59,885 nt of DNA, filler included, from Asterionella formosa (GCA_002256025.1; 4 parts of 4 records of this genome joined end to end with filler, not necessarily neighbours in it); one strand, 5' to 3'. Shown: positions 35,041 to 46,997, counted from the whole stretch's first letter. Made by a program: numbers and translations. The notes: generated from the letters alone by a model not told the origin.

Positions 35041-36932
35041 TGAAACTATGATGATTTACTCTCCCGCTGCAGTAGCAACAGCAGTCCTGAACATATCGTG
35101 TTCTGTTGCTTGCTTACTACTCCGACTACCCCCTTTCAGTTTTACAATCATACAATCCTGAAACTATGATGATTTACTGTCCCACTGCAGTAGCAACAGT
35201 CCTGAGCATATGGTGTTCTGTTGTTCGCTTACTACTCTGACTACCCCCAGTATATCACTTCCTACCTGCTACTGGTACTCTGTATTTATGCACATGATAA
35301 AATGTTATGATCATATGATGTACACATGAAGAACTACCGCCCAAAAAAGGGCTTAAATATTTGGCTACCAAAATCCTTGCGTATAAATAATGATACAAAT
35401 GGGTTGGGACTTACACCAATTGAATGGTCTAAATAATTAGTTCCAACAGACGTAGAAAATATTGATGCAAACAAATTTCAGAAACAGTACCGGCGGTACA
35501 CGAAATCATGGAAAACAATGGACATATGGTGCATTGAATATTTTCGAATTATCTATATGCGGATATGATCATCTGAACAATACCAGACGTGCCAATTTGA
35601 GAGTGTCTTTGAATTTTATAAATGTACGACACTTGCTATATTTAAATATTTACAAATTTTATAACTATATACATGGCAAATATATTTGAAATCGTTCTGT
35701 CATGTTAACAAACAATGCTTGCTTCGTGAAAAGAAATATCAAAGTAAAGCATATGAGCAGGAAAGTTAACGCAATAACGAAAAACATTGTTGCTTCGACA
35801 CATTGCGCCTTCGATGGATGAAGTATGTTTAAGGTAATGAAGCCATCAATGTGGTACGTGGATGACAATCATTGGGAGGACAACAACAAATTGTAAACTA
35901 AACGCACGTTTCCTTTCTTCTCAGTTGATTCAATATTGAAAAGCTCATTTCGCTTGTTGGTTAGCACCAATGTAAAACAAAACAAAATTGGTAAGTGCTC
36001 TTGTCATTGGACCTATTTGCTTCTGTTGGAACATACTAACTGACAGACACGTTTACCTTCTCTCAATGTCAAGCTAACAAAAATGAATTGGTAAGTTTTA
36101 TTCGACAACATTGGATACCTGAAACTTACTTATTCAAGAATTTACTGAAAATTTACTATTACAGACATATGCATCAGTTGCTTTGATTTGTGGTAAGTGA
36201 AGCAAGAGGATACGATGGAATGGCGTGATGTTGTGTCAGTGTAACATGACTAGCTAACAAATCATTCCTTCTCATTGTTACTGTAACTGCATAGGACAAT
36301 AAAACCAATCAAACAACGGAATAGTCGGCGAGCTCAGAGTGACCCTAACAGCAGGGAAAGAGACGCAACATTAGTAGGCACTGCCTGACACATGATTCAG
36401 AATAGAGGAAGGAAAGGGCGAGACAGGAACAATATACATTGAGACGAGAGGAGAGGAGAGAAACATTCCTTGGGTCACTGGCCTGTAGAATCATAGCATT
36501 GCTAAATTTGATAGTTATATTAGTACGATCCATTTCAATCTATTTTGAATAATGCTTGTGATTAGAATTATGATCATGTTTAAGATAAATATACGATGAC
36601 ACAGTTCACATGATAGCATAGAGTTTGGCTAATTTTAGGATGCGTTCTTGTAGTAATAATTTACATTTGGCAATCACGAGAAGTTAAAATAATATGAGAA
36701 GGTTTGTGATATTGATGAGAAATGTTGTTGATCAGTTGATATACATTGTGTGATGATAATGTTCTTATTATCATTATACTTCAAGTTTGGTAAAATATTA
36801 ATAAATCATCACAGTTACAGGATACCTTGATCATAGTTTTGATCCAAAAATTATCATATATATGAAAATCCTGTGCCATTTAGCATATGATACCCTTGAT
36901 CATATATGCATGATACTTTTTATTTGCAGACA
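35041..36932 (+). repeat. Dispersed repeat module, copy 2, with intron-like structure
   Basis: Inverted copy of 9010-10820; GT..AG introns at 35991-36046, 36091-36164 and 36193-36294. Confidence 0.88.
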
Positions 36933-36959
36933 ATGTCACATGATCCCGTTTTCCTGTTA

Positions 36960-37340
36960 TCCTTTATTTAGCATTTTCGATTCTCTTTGCAGTCCTTGTT
37001 GCAGTCGTTGTTCCGGTTTCCGCATTTGGAGTTGCTCCTGCTATTGTCGCCTTTTCATTCATTGATTGATTTGTTCCAGTTTCCGCATTTTGAGTGTTCT
37101 GTCCTCTTGTATCCTTTTCATTCCTTGTTGCAGTCATTGTGCCTGTTGCCGCCTTTTCAATCCTGCATTTCGAGTTGTGCCTGCAGCCTTCTTTTCTTTC
37201 CTTGTTGCAATTATGTGCGTCTCTGGTTTCCACTTTGACTGAAATTGTGCCTGCGCCAGCCTTTTCATTCCTTCTTGCAGTCGTTATTCCGGTTTTGGTA
37301 TTTCGAGTTGTGCCCCGTGGCCGCATTTTCATTAAAAAGC
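36960..37340. repeat. Degenerate minisatellite/low-complexity tandem repeat
   Basis: Recurrent ccttttcattc, ttgcagtc and ccgcattt units. Confidence 0.6.
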
Positions 37341-38122
37341 CAAAAGCTACAGCATTGAAATGGGTGTGAAAGGATCATTCTTTCATTCTCTTTGCACCAC
37401 TACTGGCTGGGGACAGTGGCTTTGCCATCATTGGATGAAGGGGTAGAAATGTATGAGAATTCACTCACCAAATACTCTTCATCACTACTGTCTTCATTGC
37501 GATTCTTCTTCTTTGAAGACGAACTCATGTCGAATCAGAGGAGCTTTTCTGGTATACAAGTACAAGATGAACAACTGTGAACAATCAATAGATTTGGTTG
37601 TGCCTTGACTTCTATTGAAGATTCACTGCAAGTAGGTACATGTGGCTACAGGTAAGCATTTGACAGAACAGATTGCTATCACTCGCTCATCCTGCTGCTA
37701 TCTAAATAAATCTAAGTTTTGATAGAGAAAAGGGACTTACCGGTAGGGTGAAATAATTACACAAAAATTACACAAGATGAATCATGAGGCCTGCTTCAGA
37801 AATATAAATACTTACAGCTAATCTAATTTAGAGAACAAAATTATTCACCAGATTTTGAGCCTCAAATCAATCAGCTGAATAAGAAAATTCAGCTGAAATG
37901 ACGTAACAGAGGATCCTGCATAATAGTAAATACCGGTAGCCGTAAGTCCCACACGCACGAAACAATTGTATAGAAATGAACTACCGGTATACATACCGGT
38001 AACAGGTACCCCTGGTAACTGGTAACTTACCGATAGGTCTATTCTATAGGCGGCAAGTGCCGCAAGCAAGGACGCAGCATCCATTTATATTTATATTCTC
38101 GCCATTTAGGAGGCGGAGGACG

Positions 38123-39220
38123 ATGGTTATTCTTTGGCTTGCGAATTGGCTCTTATTACCACTACTACTAGCCACGGCATCATGTACGACATGTGATGCT
38201 TCATCGTTGACAGAATTTCCTTCTGACAACAAGAGATTCATTATCGCTGGATACCTTCCAAACTATCGAAGCTACATAAATGTAAATCATACGGCACTTG
38301 TATTGACTGATTTGATTTTATTTTCCATGGAACCAGATTCATCAGGATCTTTGAGGGGTCGGTGTTGTTTAGATTCGTCTCATTACTCATTGGCTCGCAA
38401 GGCTCAAGCCTACAAAGCAACACACACTACGACCAACGCCACTCCTTCTTTACAAGATAAACTCAACCTATGGGTTTCGATTGGAGGTGCAGGCCGGAGT
38501 ACTGCCTTTCCTGCGATTGTTTCGAATTCAACAGCAACACTTTTATTACTTACAGAGCTCATTGCTCTTTGTCAAAAGGAAGGATTCAATGGGATTGACT
38601 TTGACTGGGAACAACCCACAACAGAGCAAGAGTATGGACTATATTGTCAATTCTTGATAAATGCTGCGAATGCATTGCATCGAGTGAACCTATTGGTGTC
38701 AGTAACAACACGACAAACCTTTGCATCAAATGTTGTCAATGCTGTAGATCGAATCTTGTTTATGGGATATGATTTGTTGTATCCCAATGGCCCTAAACAT
38801 CATGCTCATTATCAAATTGTTACACAAACGATTGACCAATGGATGTCAAAGTACAATTACCCCTCACAAGTAATTGTTTTGGGACTACCAGCCTATGCAC
38901 GACATGAAAGCAATCCAAGCTTAGTGAAAACATTTGCAGAATTGGTAGATGATGGTATGGATCCAACGTCGTTGACGATTGGAAATAGCTGGAAAGGATA
39001 TTTATTTGATACCATTCATGACATTTCCAAAAAAGTAATGTATGCCAAACAGAATCATCTTGGAGGGGTCTTTTTTTGGGAGCTGGGACATGATAAACAA
39101 AATGAAACATATGCACCAAGTGGTTGGTTATTGGAAGCAGCCGGTACTCGTGTAACTAACATCACAGCTATTACTACAGCTAGTAAGGGCCATGAAAATG
39201 ACGAGAGGAATGAGTTGTAA
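38123..39220 (+). CDS. Glycoside hydrolase family 18 (chitinase-like), secretory pathway
   Basis: Signal peptide, WVSIGG, catalytic FNGIDFDWEQP (DxDxE), MGYD and LGGVFFWELGHD; C-terminal RNEL. Confidence 0.92.
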   Translation: MVILWLANWLLLPLLLATASCTTCDASSLTEFPSDNKRFIIAGYLPNYRSYINVNHTALVLTDLILFSMEPDSSGSLRGRCCLDSSHYSLARKAQAYKATHTTTNATPSLQDKLNLWVSIGGAGRSTAFPAIVSNSTATLLLLTELIALCQKEGFNGIDFDWEQPTTEQEYGLYCQFLINAANALHRVNLLVSVTTRQTFASNVVNAVDRILFMGYDLLYPNGPKHHAHYQIVTQTIDQWMSKYNYPSQVIVLGLPAYARHESNPSLVKTFAELVDDGMDPTSLTIGNSWKGYLFDTIHDISKKVMYAKQNHLGGVFFWELGHDKQNETYAPSGWLLEAAGTRVTNITAITTASKGHENDERNEL

Positions 39221-39649
39221 CGTGTCTTGCGTTTCTTCTGAAAAGCACTAACAGTCTTCGTGATTTGTACATGTTGAAGTGAACCATTAGTTTATATGTG
39301 AATGATAGGACAGTCAATTCTACTGTTGCTTGCATATAGTATAAGTGGAATGGAATCTTTTATTCTGCATCCCTACTGAAGCTAGCTGTTAACGTGATTC
39401 AAATACATGAAACATACCACAACTACCTCAATAATCAGCAAAATGATTTCATATTTGAATCTTGCATCCATGATAGCGAAGGCAACTACTGGTATTTCTA
39501 GCCTTCGCTTATTCCTCTCCTGCATTGCTCATTCCTCCCATCCATCTATCCGTAAGCCGCTCTCGCCATCACTCGCTCTCCCCCTCACATGCCCCCTTTT
39601 TGTGTTGTTGCCTTACACACACGGTCGTCACTGCAAACCTATTCATTCA

Positions 39650-40678
39650 TCATTCTTTACTTTTCTTCATTCTCTTCCTTTCCCTGGCCTTTTCCTTGGC
39701 GTCGGACACTAGTGTTTCTAGCTTTCCTTGTCTGGCCAATTCTTTGATCCATTGAATACAAAGTGGAACATAGTTATGTTTGCGTCGTTGATTCTCTTTC
39801 TTCCATTGAATTCGTTTCCTATTTTGTTCCTCCAGTTGCTCCAGTAATTCCACATATGCACTGGACTCTTTACAATCACTGCTATCATTTGAAGCTGTAT
39901 TTGTAGTATCCATCATGGCAAGTTGTTCTTGAATGGCCAAACGTACATCACGAACCATGGCCATCAGATTGAAATTGACGGACGACGATGACGATGTTTT
40001 CATACGTTCTTGAATTGCGTTTGATGCAATATGTTTCCAATCCTCGCCATGGACTATTTCTCCAATGACCTTTGGCCCTTGCTGTAATCCATCCAATTCA
40101 TATACCTTCCCATTTTGATAATTTGGAATGTAAGCTACAAAGTGATACACAGCTTCGTCTTCTGCTGCTGACCACTTTCTTCTATCACCATTTTCCGATA
40201 CTAGCAATCCATCTGTATGTCGTGCAAATGAATTATGGACACGTTGGATGTCCACAGATGCCCCAATTGCTTCACCCTTGAGTGTGGGTGGGAAGGATGC
40301 CGTAAAGGATTTAAATTCTGACAAAATAGGTCCCAACTCTACATGTTCTGAACAATTGTTCATTAATATACTCAATAGTGCTTGAGTTGCACAGGCATTC
40401 GGAACAACTTGATGAGCAAAAAATAAATCATTCGTGGTTGTTGGCAGTTCCTGGTGTTGATCGTCATTGTCAATTGTTGTTGGTGCTGTGATGGTCGTGT
40501 TGCTTGATTCCCATTGAAATAAAAAGATGAAGCCATAAATCGTTCCACATTGAGCCAACGACTCTACATCCAAAGACCACAATTCTTGTAATTCAACCCC
40601 AACGACACCCAAATCTTCCAAAAGTTCCGTAAAGACAGCAGGATCAGATTCAATGGTGCACCATGAATCAGATGACAT
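39650..40678 (-). CDS. UCHL5: Ubiquitin C-terminal hydrolase UCH37/UCHL5-like (peptidase C12)
   Basis: WCTIESDPAVFTEL, QVVPNACATQA (Cys), YHFVAY (His), YELDGL (Asp) and C-terminal WKKENQRRKHNY. Confidence 0.92.
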   Translation of the reverse strand: MSSDSWCTIESDPAVFTELLEDLGVVGVELQELWSLDVESLAQCGTIYGFIFLFQWESSNTTITAPTTIDNDDQHQELPTTTNDLFFAHQVVPNACATQALLSILMNNCSEHVELGPILSEFKSFTASFPPTLKGEAIGASVDIQRVHNSFARHTDGLLVSENGDRRKWSAAEDEAVYHFVAYIPNYQNGKVYELDGLQQGPKVIGEIVHGEDWKHIASNAIQERMKTSSSSSVNFNLMAMVRDVRLAIQEQLAMMDTTNTASNDSSDCKESSAYVELLEQLEEQNRKRIQWKKENQRRKHNYVPLCIQWIKELARQGKLETLVSDAKEKARERKRMKKSKE

Positions 40679-41516
40679 TGTTTCTTCCAACCGTTTTTTT
40701 CGTCGTCGTCTTCTTGCTGTTGTGTATAGACTTGAGCAGCGGTAGGATTGATTGATCACCGATAGGTGAGACGATGGTTGGTTGATTGGTTGATTCAGCT
40801 GCGATGTATGTCGTCGCTGGCAGTATCGCAAGGCACTCTTGGTATAATTACTTGCGCATCTCGGCGCGCTCCAGTTCTGCCGTTGAACGAACAGTCAGCC
40901 AGGATCTTTCTCAGTCCATGCGGCCGCTCGTCTGCATCTTTGTTTCCTTTCAGACATTCCTTCGAATATAACTACCGGTATAGGCGTCGGATACCTGTCG
41001 ACATCAACAGCCTAACAGACACACTCTGATACAGTACTGTGCCAGTATTGACAATTAATTCTAGCCCCAATTATACCATTTTTTGCCGTAGTGAAAGTTA
41101 GTGGACTCGAATATAATCCAGCTGGTGATTCAATAAACTCTAATCCCTACAATGTTGCCCGTCAGTACCAATATGAGCAACTGCATATGCAATCACACTC
41201 TGTCACTCAAACAAGAAGAAATGTGAGCAAATCAGGCAAACATCACATTATGATAAATTGAAAGGCTGGTCTGCGTCCTTCACCATGAAAGCGGGCGAAA
41301 AGCTTCCGTCAGGCTTTGACAAGTTTGACAGGCTGCAAATGAACATGAATGGCTACCAATAGCATAGTAATGTAAAAACGTTCAGGATGCTTATACCGCA
41401 AATTATACGTTGAATATAGAGTATTTTTCTTCGCTCGTTTGAATCATTTTGTATAGCGTACATCACTACCATGCAATATACTTCGAATCATTGCAATTCT
41501 GCTGCATCACGAATAT

Positions 41517-42521
41517 TTAACTAACTTCGGCAGATGTCATGAACTCAGTGCGCTGGAGATAATCTTCGAAGGTATCTGATGGATGGCCACAAATCTTCTC
41601 AATATCATTGGAAACAAGAGTCTCCTCTACTCCAGTCGCTTTGACCTTCTCCATAGCCACAAGATCATCGACCATCCATTCTGCATCCCCTCCCATTCTT
41701 TCCCCATCTGCAAAGGTATGAAGAGGTTGGTCCACAAACATGATTGGCTTCTTCAGGTGATCTGATAAAAGGCTTGCAACTTGTTGATCCGTAATGGCGC
41801 TTGGGCCAGTCAAAGTGTATTCCTTATTCTTGTGATCCTTAGGACACAAGAGGACACGGACCGCAACTTCAGCGACATCGTTGGGGCTAACGTAGTTGAC
41901 TCCCTTTCCAGCCGAAGCTCCGTAAAAGGTGGCTGGTGATTGATTCGCCCGAAGGCTAAGTCCTTGTTGGGTCAAGGGGTTTGACATGAAGTGGGTCGCT
42001 TGAAGAATGGTGTAGGTCGTGTTGAAATATTGACCAGACACCAACAATTCATCACAGAGACCGTGGGCCTTAACAAATGGTACTTGGTGGAAACCATCAT
42101 CCTTTTTACGAGCATTGTAGAAGGAGACCTTAACATAGTGCTTGACTCCTGCCGCGTCGCATGCTCTGAGGAAGAGAGGGAACTTTTTGTGCCAATGGCG
42201 AACATTAGGAGTGGCGCAAAACACACTCTTGACACCAACCAGTGCTTTAGCATAGGTTGTTTCGTCCATCCAGTCGAAATCTGCCAACTCAGCACCGAGT
42301 TTGTTAAAGTCTTCAAACTTCTCCCTATCAGTCACTCCAATTCGAAGATTTGGATAGCCTGCATTTAGAAGGCGGCTGGCTACTCGGTGTCCAACAGCAC
42401 CGTCAGCTGATGTGAGAAAAATCGTGCCAGAGGTAGGGTCCAAGTTGGGGAGTCCCAACGCTGCTCCAACCTCTGCGAGTTTGATCGCCATGTCTCCAAG
42501 CTTGATCTCGGGAATCTTCAT
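41517..42521 (-). CDS. NmrA-like/atypical SDR NAD(P)-binding oxidoreductase
   Basis: Rossmann-like IFLTSADGAVGHRVA, YTILQATHFMSN, NYVSPNDVAEVA and YTLTGP; start uncertain. Confidence 0.85.
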   Translation of the reverse strand: MKIPEIKLGDMAIKLAEVGAALGLPNLDPTSGTIFLTSADGAVGHRVASRLLNAGYPNLRIGVTDREKFEDFNKLGAELADFDWMDETTYAKALVGVKSVFCATPNVRHWHKKFPLFLRACDAAGVKHYVKVSFYNARKKDDGFHQVPFVKAHGLCDELLVSGQYFNTTYTILQATHFMSNPLTQQGLSLRANQSPATFYGASAGKGVNYVSPNDVAEVAVRVLLCPKDHKNKEYTLTGPSAITDQQVASLLSDHLKKPIMFVDQPLHTFADGERMGGDAEWMVDDLVAMEKVKATGVEETLVSNDIEKICGHPSDTFEDYLQRTEFMTSAEVS

Positions 42522-44209
42522 GTTAATCGATAGGGGCCTTTTGTTTTGCAAATGTTTCTTTCTGAATTATCTCAAAAGATTTTTTGTGTGAACAGTAAAA
42601 GCAAATCTGAAGAAATCATAAAAATGCGAACCCATGGTTTGCTGCAGCCATCACATCGCTCAGCCTTCTTCGCGAGATGATAGACTGAAAGAATACTTCA
42701 AGGATCAATATGTATACCACCGGTGTATTTAAAAAAACAAGCAGGTATTAATTACTGGGGTTCTTCTTAGACACGGTACCTGGTTACCAGGGTACCAGTT
42801 GCCGCATTTATTTATGTACGTAATAAGTGCACATGTACCAGTAGCTATTTTCAGCCTTTTGACGTTTCATGTATGAATCGCTATACCGGTACGTACCAGA
42901 TACCACGGTACGACCTGCTACCTACCGGTACAGCAGAAGTCTACGAGGAAAAAGCATCGAAGAGTTTTGCGAAGCCAAACATCAACAGCCATGACGACAT
43001 AGCCCTTAGGAAAATTGAAGTACCAGGTACCAGGTGCCAGGTACCTGGTACCAGGCACCAGGGTACCAGTAGGATGTACCAGGTACCGTTATTTTGCATC
43101 ACAGGATTGTACGTAGATTTTCCTAGCTACCCGGAAGATCCGATAATCGAGATATTTATCCCTTGTGAGTGAACTGCCATTCTTGACGTTATTTGTTATG
43201 CCAAACGCTTCTTTCTTCTTGTGCCACTGTGCCATAGAGAACGCCTGCCATAACCACTGGAGAAATACCAAATGTTGCGATGGTCAATTTGAGTGCTCTA
43301 TGTGAAGCCATTAATTTATTCACTTTTGCATGCATGAGTATTGTCAGGGAGTGTCTGTTAGGCTGTTGATGTCAACAGGTGTCCGAAGACTAGGTACCCT
43401 GAGGAATGTCTAAATGGAAATAGACAGATTTATATAGCAGAATAATATGCAAACGAGCAGTGCAAGAAAGATTTTGACTGGTCATTCCAGGGCAGTACAG
43501 GAGCGTGCTACTAGAGTAGGCGCCATATATTTCAACATGGTAGTGGGCTCGTTAGTACAAGTGGTACGAGGATGTACGTGAAAACCAGAGGTCGACAGTT
43601 TGAGTCCTCAGCAAGAACAGAAAGAAAAAAGAGAAGAGAAAATGAAAAAAGAGACAAAGAAAAGAGAGGAGACTATGAGAATTCCTGTAGGAAAGGATGT
43701 GTCAAGCATACACATTAAGATGATGTGGCATGTCAAGCATCAACAGGGGAGGGTGTCAGAGTGTGTGTTTGTTAGGGATTATCGCTGGTTCTGTGGGAAC
43801 AACGATGGATTGACCCAAACAATGTTGACAAATAGGTATCTACCAGAAAAAGGAAGCAATGATCAATGCTTTTGGCATCATCAATCTATATACTAGCCTG
43901 CGCCACCTGACGTCAATATATCTACCTCGACTTCATCAATGAAGAAAGTATGATGGGCGGAGCATGTGAGAAAAAATCGGGGTTCATGTGAGCCATTGTC
44001 TTGCCGCCAACGTGCTTGGCTGAGCTTGCAGGTGAAGGCATTGAGTAACCTGGGCCTGTGCGGCCAAAGGATAAAGAAAAATCTGTGACAAGGGTGGTGA
44101 GATATTGTTTAGTAGCAAAAGTTATCATAGCTGAATGGATTCGAAAATTTTTATGGAAAATATATGATGGCATACCATGGCTGCTCTTGGCTGACAGTTG
44201 CCAAGTCAA

Positions 44210-45280
44210 CTGACAGAGACGTTTCCTTCTTTCAAAGTTAAGCAAACAAAATTGAATTGGTTAAGTTTTATTCAACAACATTCATTGGATACCTGAAACT
44301 TACTTATTCAAGAATTTACTGACAATTTACTATTACAGACTTATGCATCACTTGCTTTGATTTGGCTGTGGTAAGTGAAGCAAGCAAGAGGATACGATGG
44401 AATTGCGTGATGTTGTGTCAGTGTAACATGCCTAGCTAACAATTCATTCCTTCTCATTTTTACTGTAACTACATAGGACAATAAAACCGATCAAACAACG
44501 GAATAGTCGGCGAGTTCAGAATGACACTAACAGCAGGGAAAGAAACGCAAAACTAGTAAGTCATTGCTTGGCACAAGATTCAGAATAGAGGAAGAAAAGG
44601 GCGAGACAGGAACAATATACATTGAGACGAGTGGCAAGGAGAGAAACATTCATTGGGTAGCTGTTGAAACAGAAATATCATTGTTAAATTTGTTAATTAA
44701 ATTACGATCCATTCCAATCCTTTTTGAACAATGCTTGTGATTAGAATTATGATCATGTTTAAGATAGATTAACGATGAAACAATTCACTTGATAGCATAG
44801 AGTTGAGCTGATTTTAGGATACTTTGTAGTAGTAATTTACATTGGGCGATCATGAGAAGTGAAAATAATATGAGAAGGTTTATGATATTGAGTGATGAGA
44901 AATGTTGTTGATCAGTTGATATGCATTGTTTGATGATAATGGTCTCATTATCATTATACTTCAAGGTCGGAAAAATATTAATAAACCATCATAGTTATAG
45001 GATACCTTGATCATAGTTTTGATCCAAAAATTATCACATTATACGAAAATTCTGTGCCACTTGGCGTACAATACCCTTGATCCTATATGCATGATACTTT
45101 TTATTTGCAGACGATACATTGTGTGATGATAATGTTCTTATTATCATTATACTTCAAGTTCGGTAAGATATTAATAAATCATCATAGTTACAGGATACCT
45201 TGATCATTGTTTTGATCCAAAAATTATCTTATAAATGAAAATCCTGTGCCACTTAGCATACGATACCCTTGATCCTATAT
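44210..45280 (+). repeat. Dispersed repeat module, copy 3 (partial, with a ~170-bp terminal duplication)
   Basis: Direct copy of ~36040-36930; 45113-45280 duplicates ~44925-45085. Confidence 0.88.
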
Positions 45281-46160
45281 GACAAATGGTGAAGGGATAA
45301 TTTGAGTCGAGTCACAAAAGTGACTACAATATGATTATGCTCCAACTATGAGTTATAGTAAATATGGTTCCCAGGGACCGCAGAATTGTTTTGGTAAAGA
45401 CGATGACGAGATGATTGAAGTAGAAGTTGAAAGATCGAAAATAGATCTTAGGAAGGAGCTTATTCTAAGGAGTAGAAAGCTCACAATAAAGTAAAGTAGC
45501 CAGAAAGTGAGTTTCTGACATTTACTAAAGATCTAGAAGTAGATCAGGAGAAATAGCTAGCTGAGAGTGAAGTATCGACGTATACTACTCAAGAGTACTA
45601 GTTACTTTAACACGTTTATAAACTGACCTTTTAATCTACAAAAAAAAAGATAAGTATCATGACTAAAGCAGAAGAGAAAGTCGGAACCATCAAGTTTGAT
45701 GGAGACAAAAACCATTGGCATGAGTGGAGCATGAAAGCGCTCGCTCTGGCCAAAAGCAAGGGGTTTCGCCATGTCTATGCCAACGACACGAAACCATGCT
45801 CAGATGCGGTCTACTTGACTTTGACGCATGACGAAGAGAAGAAAAAGTATGAGGATAACGATAAAGCTTACCAGTTTTTAATCCTCAACTGTACTGGAAT
45901 CGCTTTTGGGTTAGTGAATCTTGCAGAGACAAAGGACCTAATCGATGGCGATGCTTTCTTCGGATGGAAGAACCTTAACGACAGCAGGTATTCGCCCAAC
46001 GAAGCATCGGATTTGATTCAGCTTGCTGGAGAATTCAACAAGTGTAACCTCAAGGATACTTAGCACGACCCTGATGAATGGTTCATTAAGTTGGACAACA
46101 TCAGGAACAGGATGATACAGATTGATATCGACCGCAAGAAAAAGGACGCAGAAGTTATAT
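45280..46160 (+). mobile_element. Truncated Copia element: LTR (~45280-45612) plus 5' gag, a second family related to 19688-23598
   Basis: TG...TTTAACA followed by CGTTT. Gag MTKAEEKVGTIKFDGDKNHWHEWSMKALALAKSKGF is clearly homologous to the gag at ~20120. In-frame TAG at 46061. Confidence 0.85.
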
Positions 46161-46706
46161 CATCAGTTACAAAATATTTTTTCAACTTTTTGTCAATTTT
46201 GATGCATCGAGAAATTTGGCCAAGAGGTGCATGATTATACCATTTGAAGGAAGCAACTTTTTCATTCTTTTGTTAGATCATGGATTTCACCTTGACAACA
46301 TCATCGTTCTTGAAAGATGAATTACAAGGAAGTTGTTCAAATACTTCGTTAAATATCTTTAAATCTAAATAGGAGGTAGCTCAAAATTTTGTCGATACAA
46401 AATTGAAGAACAGTTATTTCCAACTGAAATATATCCTCACGAGAATTTGTCGTTGTCACTTGAGGCCAAAGTGTTCCAAGATGAAAGTATGTTGACTTGG
46501 TTGGTGGGTTCAGATGTAACAGATAACAAATCGTCTGTTCAATCAGTTGCTACCACCTGACGTTTTAAAATGTTCCAGGACTCCGTCTCCAAACGGAATT
46601 GAGCCCGTTTGCCAAGAAATTTGGTTTTTCTATTGCCCTTCCTTTCTAGTTGCAATAGAGTTTCCAATACTTTCACAATTGTAAATGGTCCACATGACCA
46701 TCCACT

Positions 46707-46897
46707 ATCATCTTCTGATTGAAATAAGATGGAATCATGTTCAGTGGCCATTATGATCTGCAACGGTGCTGTGCTTTGGTGCCAGTATAGAAAGATTCCG
46801 ATAAACCAATTTCTTCAGGTGTATGGGATTCTTGTGGAAGCAAGATATCCTGTCTCGGTGCGAAAAAATTCCAATTCCTTTCTGCATCCAGGGATGA
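46707..46897. repeat. Inverted copy of 31372-31562 (the two ends of the same contig)
   Basis: Near-identical reverse complement ending at the same base. Confidence 0.92.
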
Positions 46898-46997
46898 NNN
46901 NNNNNNNNNNNNNNNNNNNNNNNNNNNNNNNNNNNNNNNNNTTAATTAATTAANNNNNNNNNNNNNNNNNNNNNNNNNNNNNNNNNNNNNNNNNNNN
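46898..46997. other. Artificial contig spacer (N44-TTAATTAATTAA-N44)
   Basis: Linker at 46942-46953. Confidence 0.97.

Noticed and set aside
36964..37332. 122-aa Thr/Lys-rich ORF
   Set aside because: Explained by a degenerate minisatellite open in several frames
38057..42551. GH18, UCHL5 and NmrA as a functional gene cluster
   Set aside because: Unrelated functions and no shared pathway evident
42873..43172. 99-aa ORF with VPGTR repeats
   Set aside because: Translation of the GGTACC/CCAGGTA repeat cluster, not a credible protein
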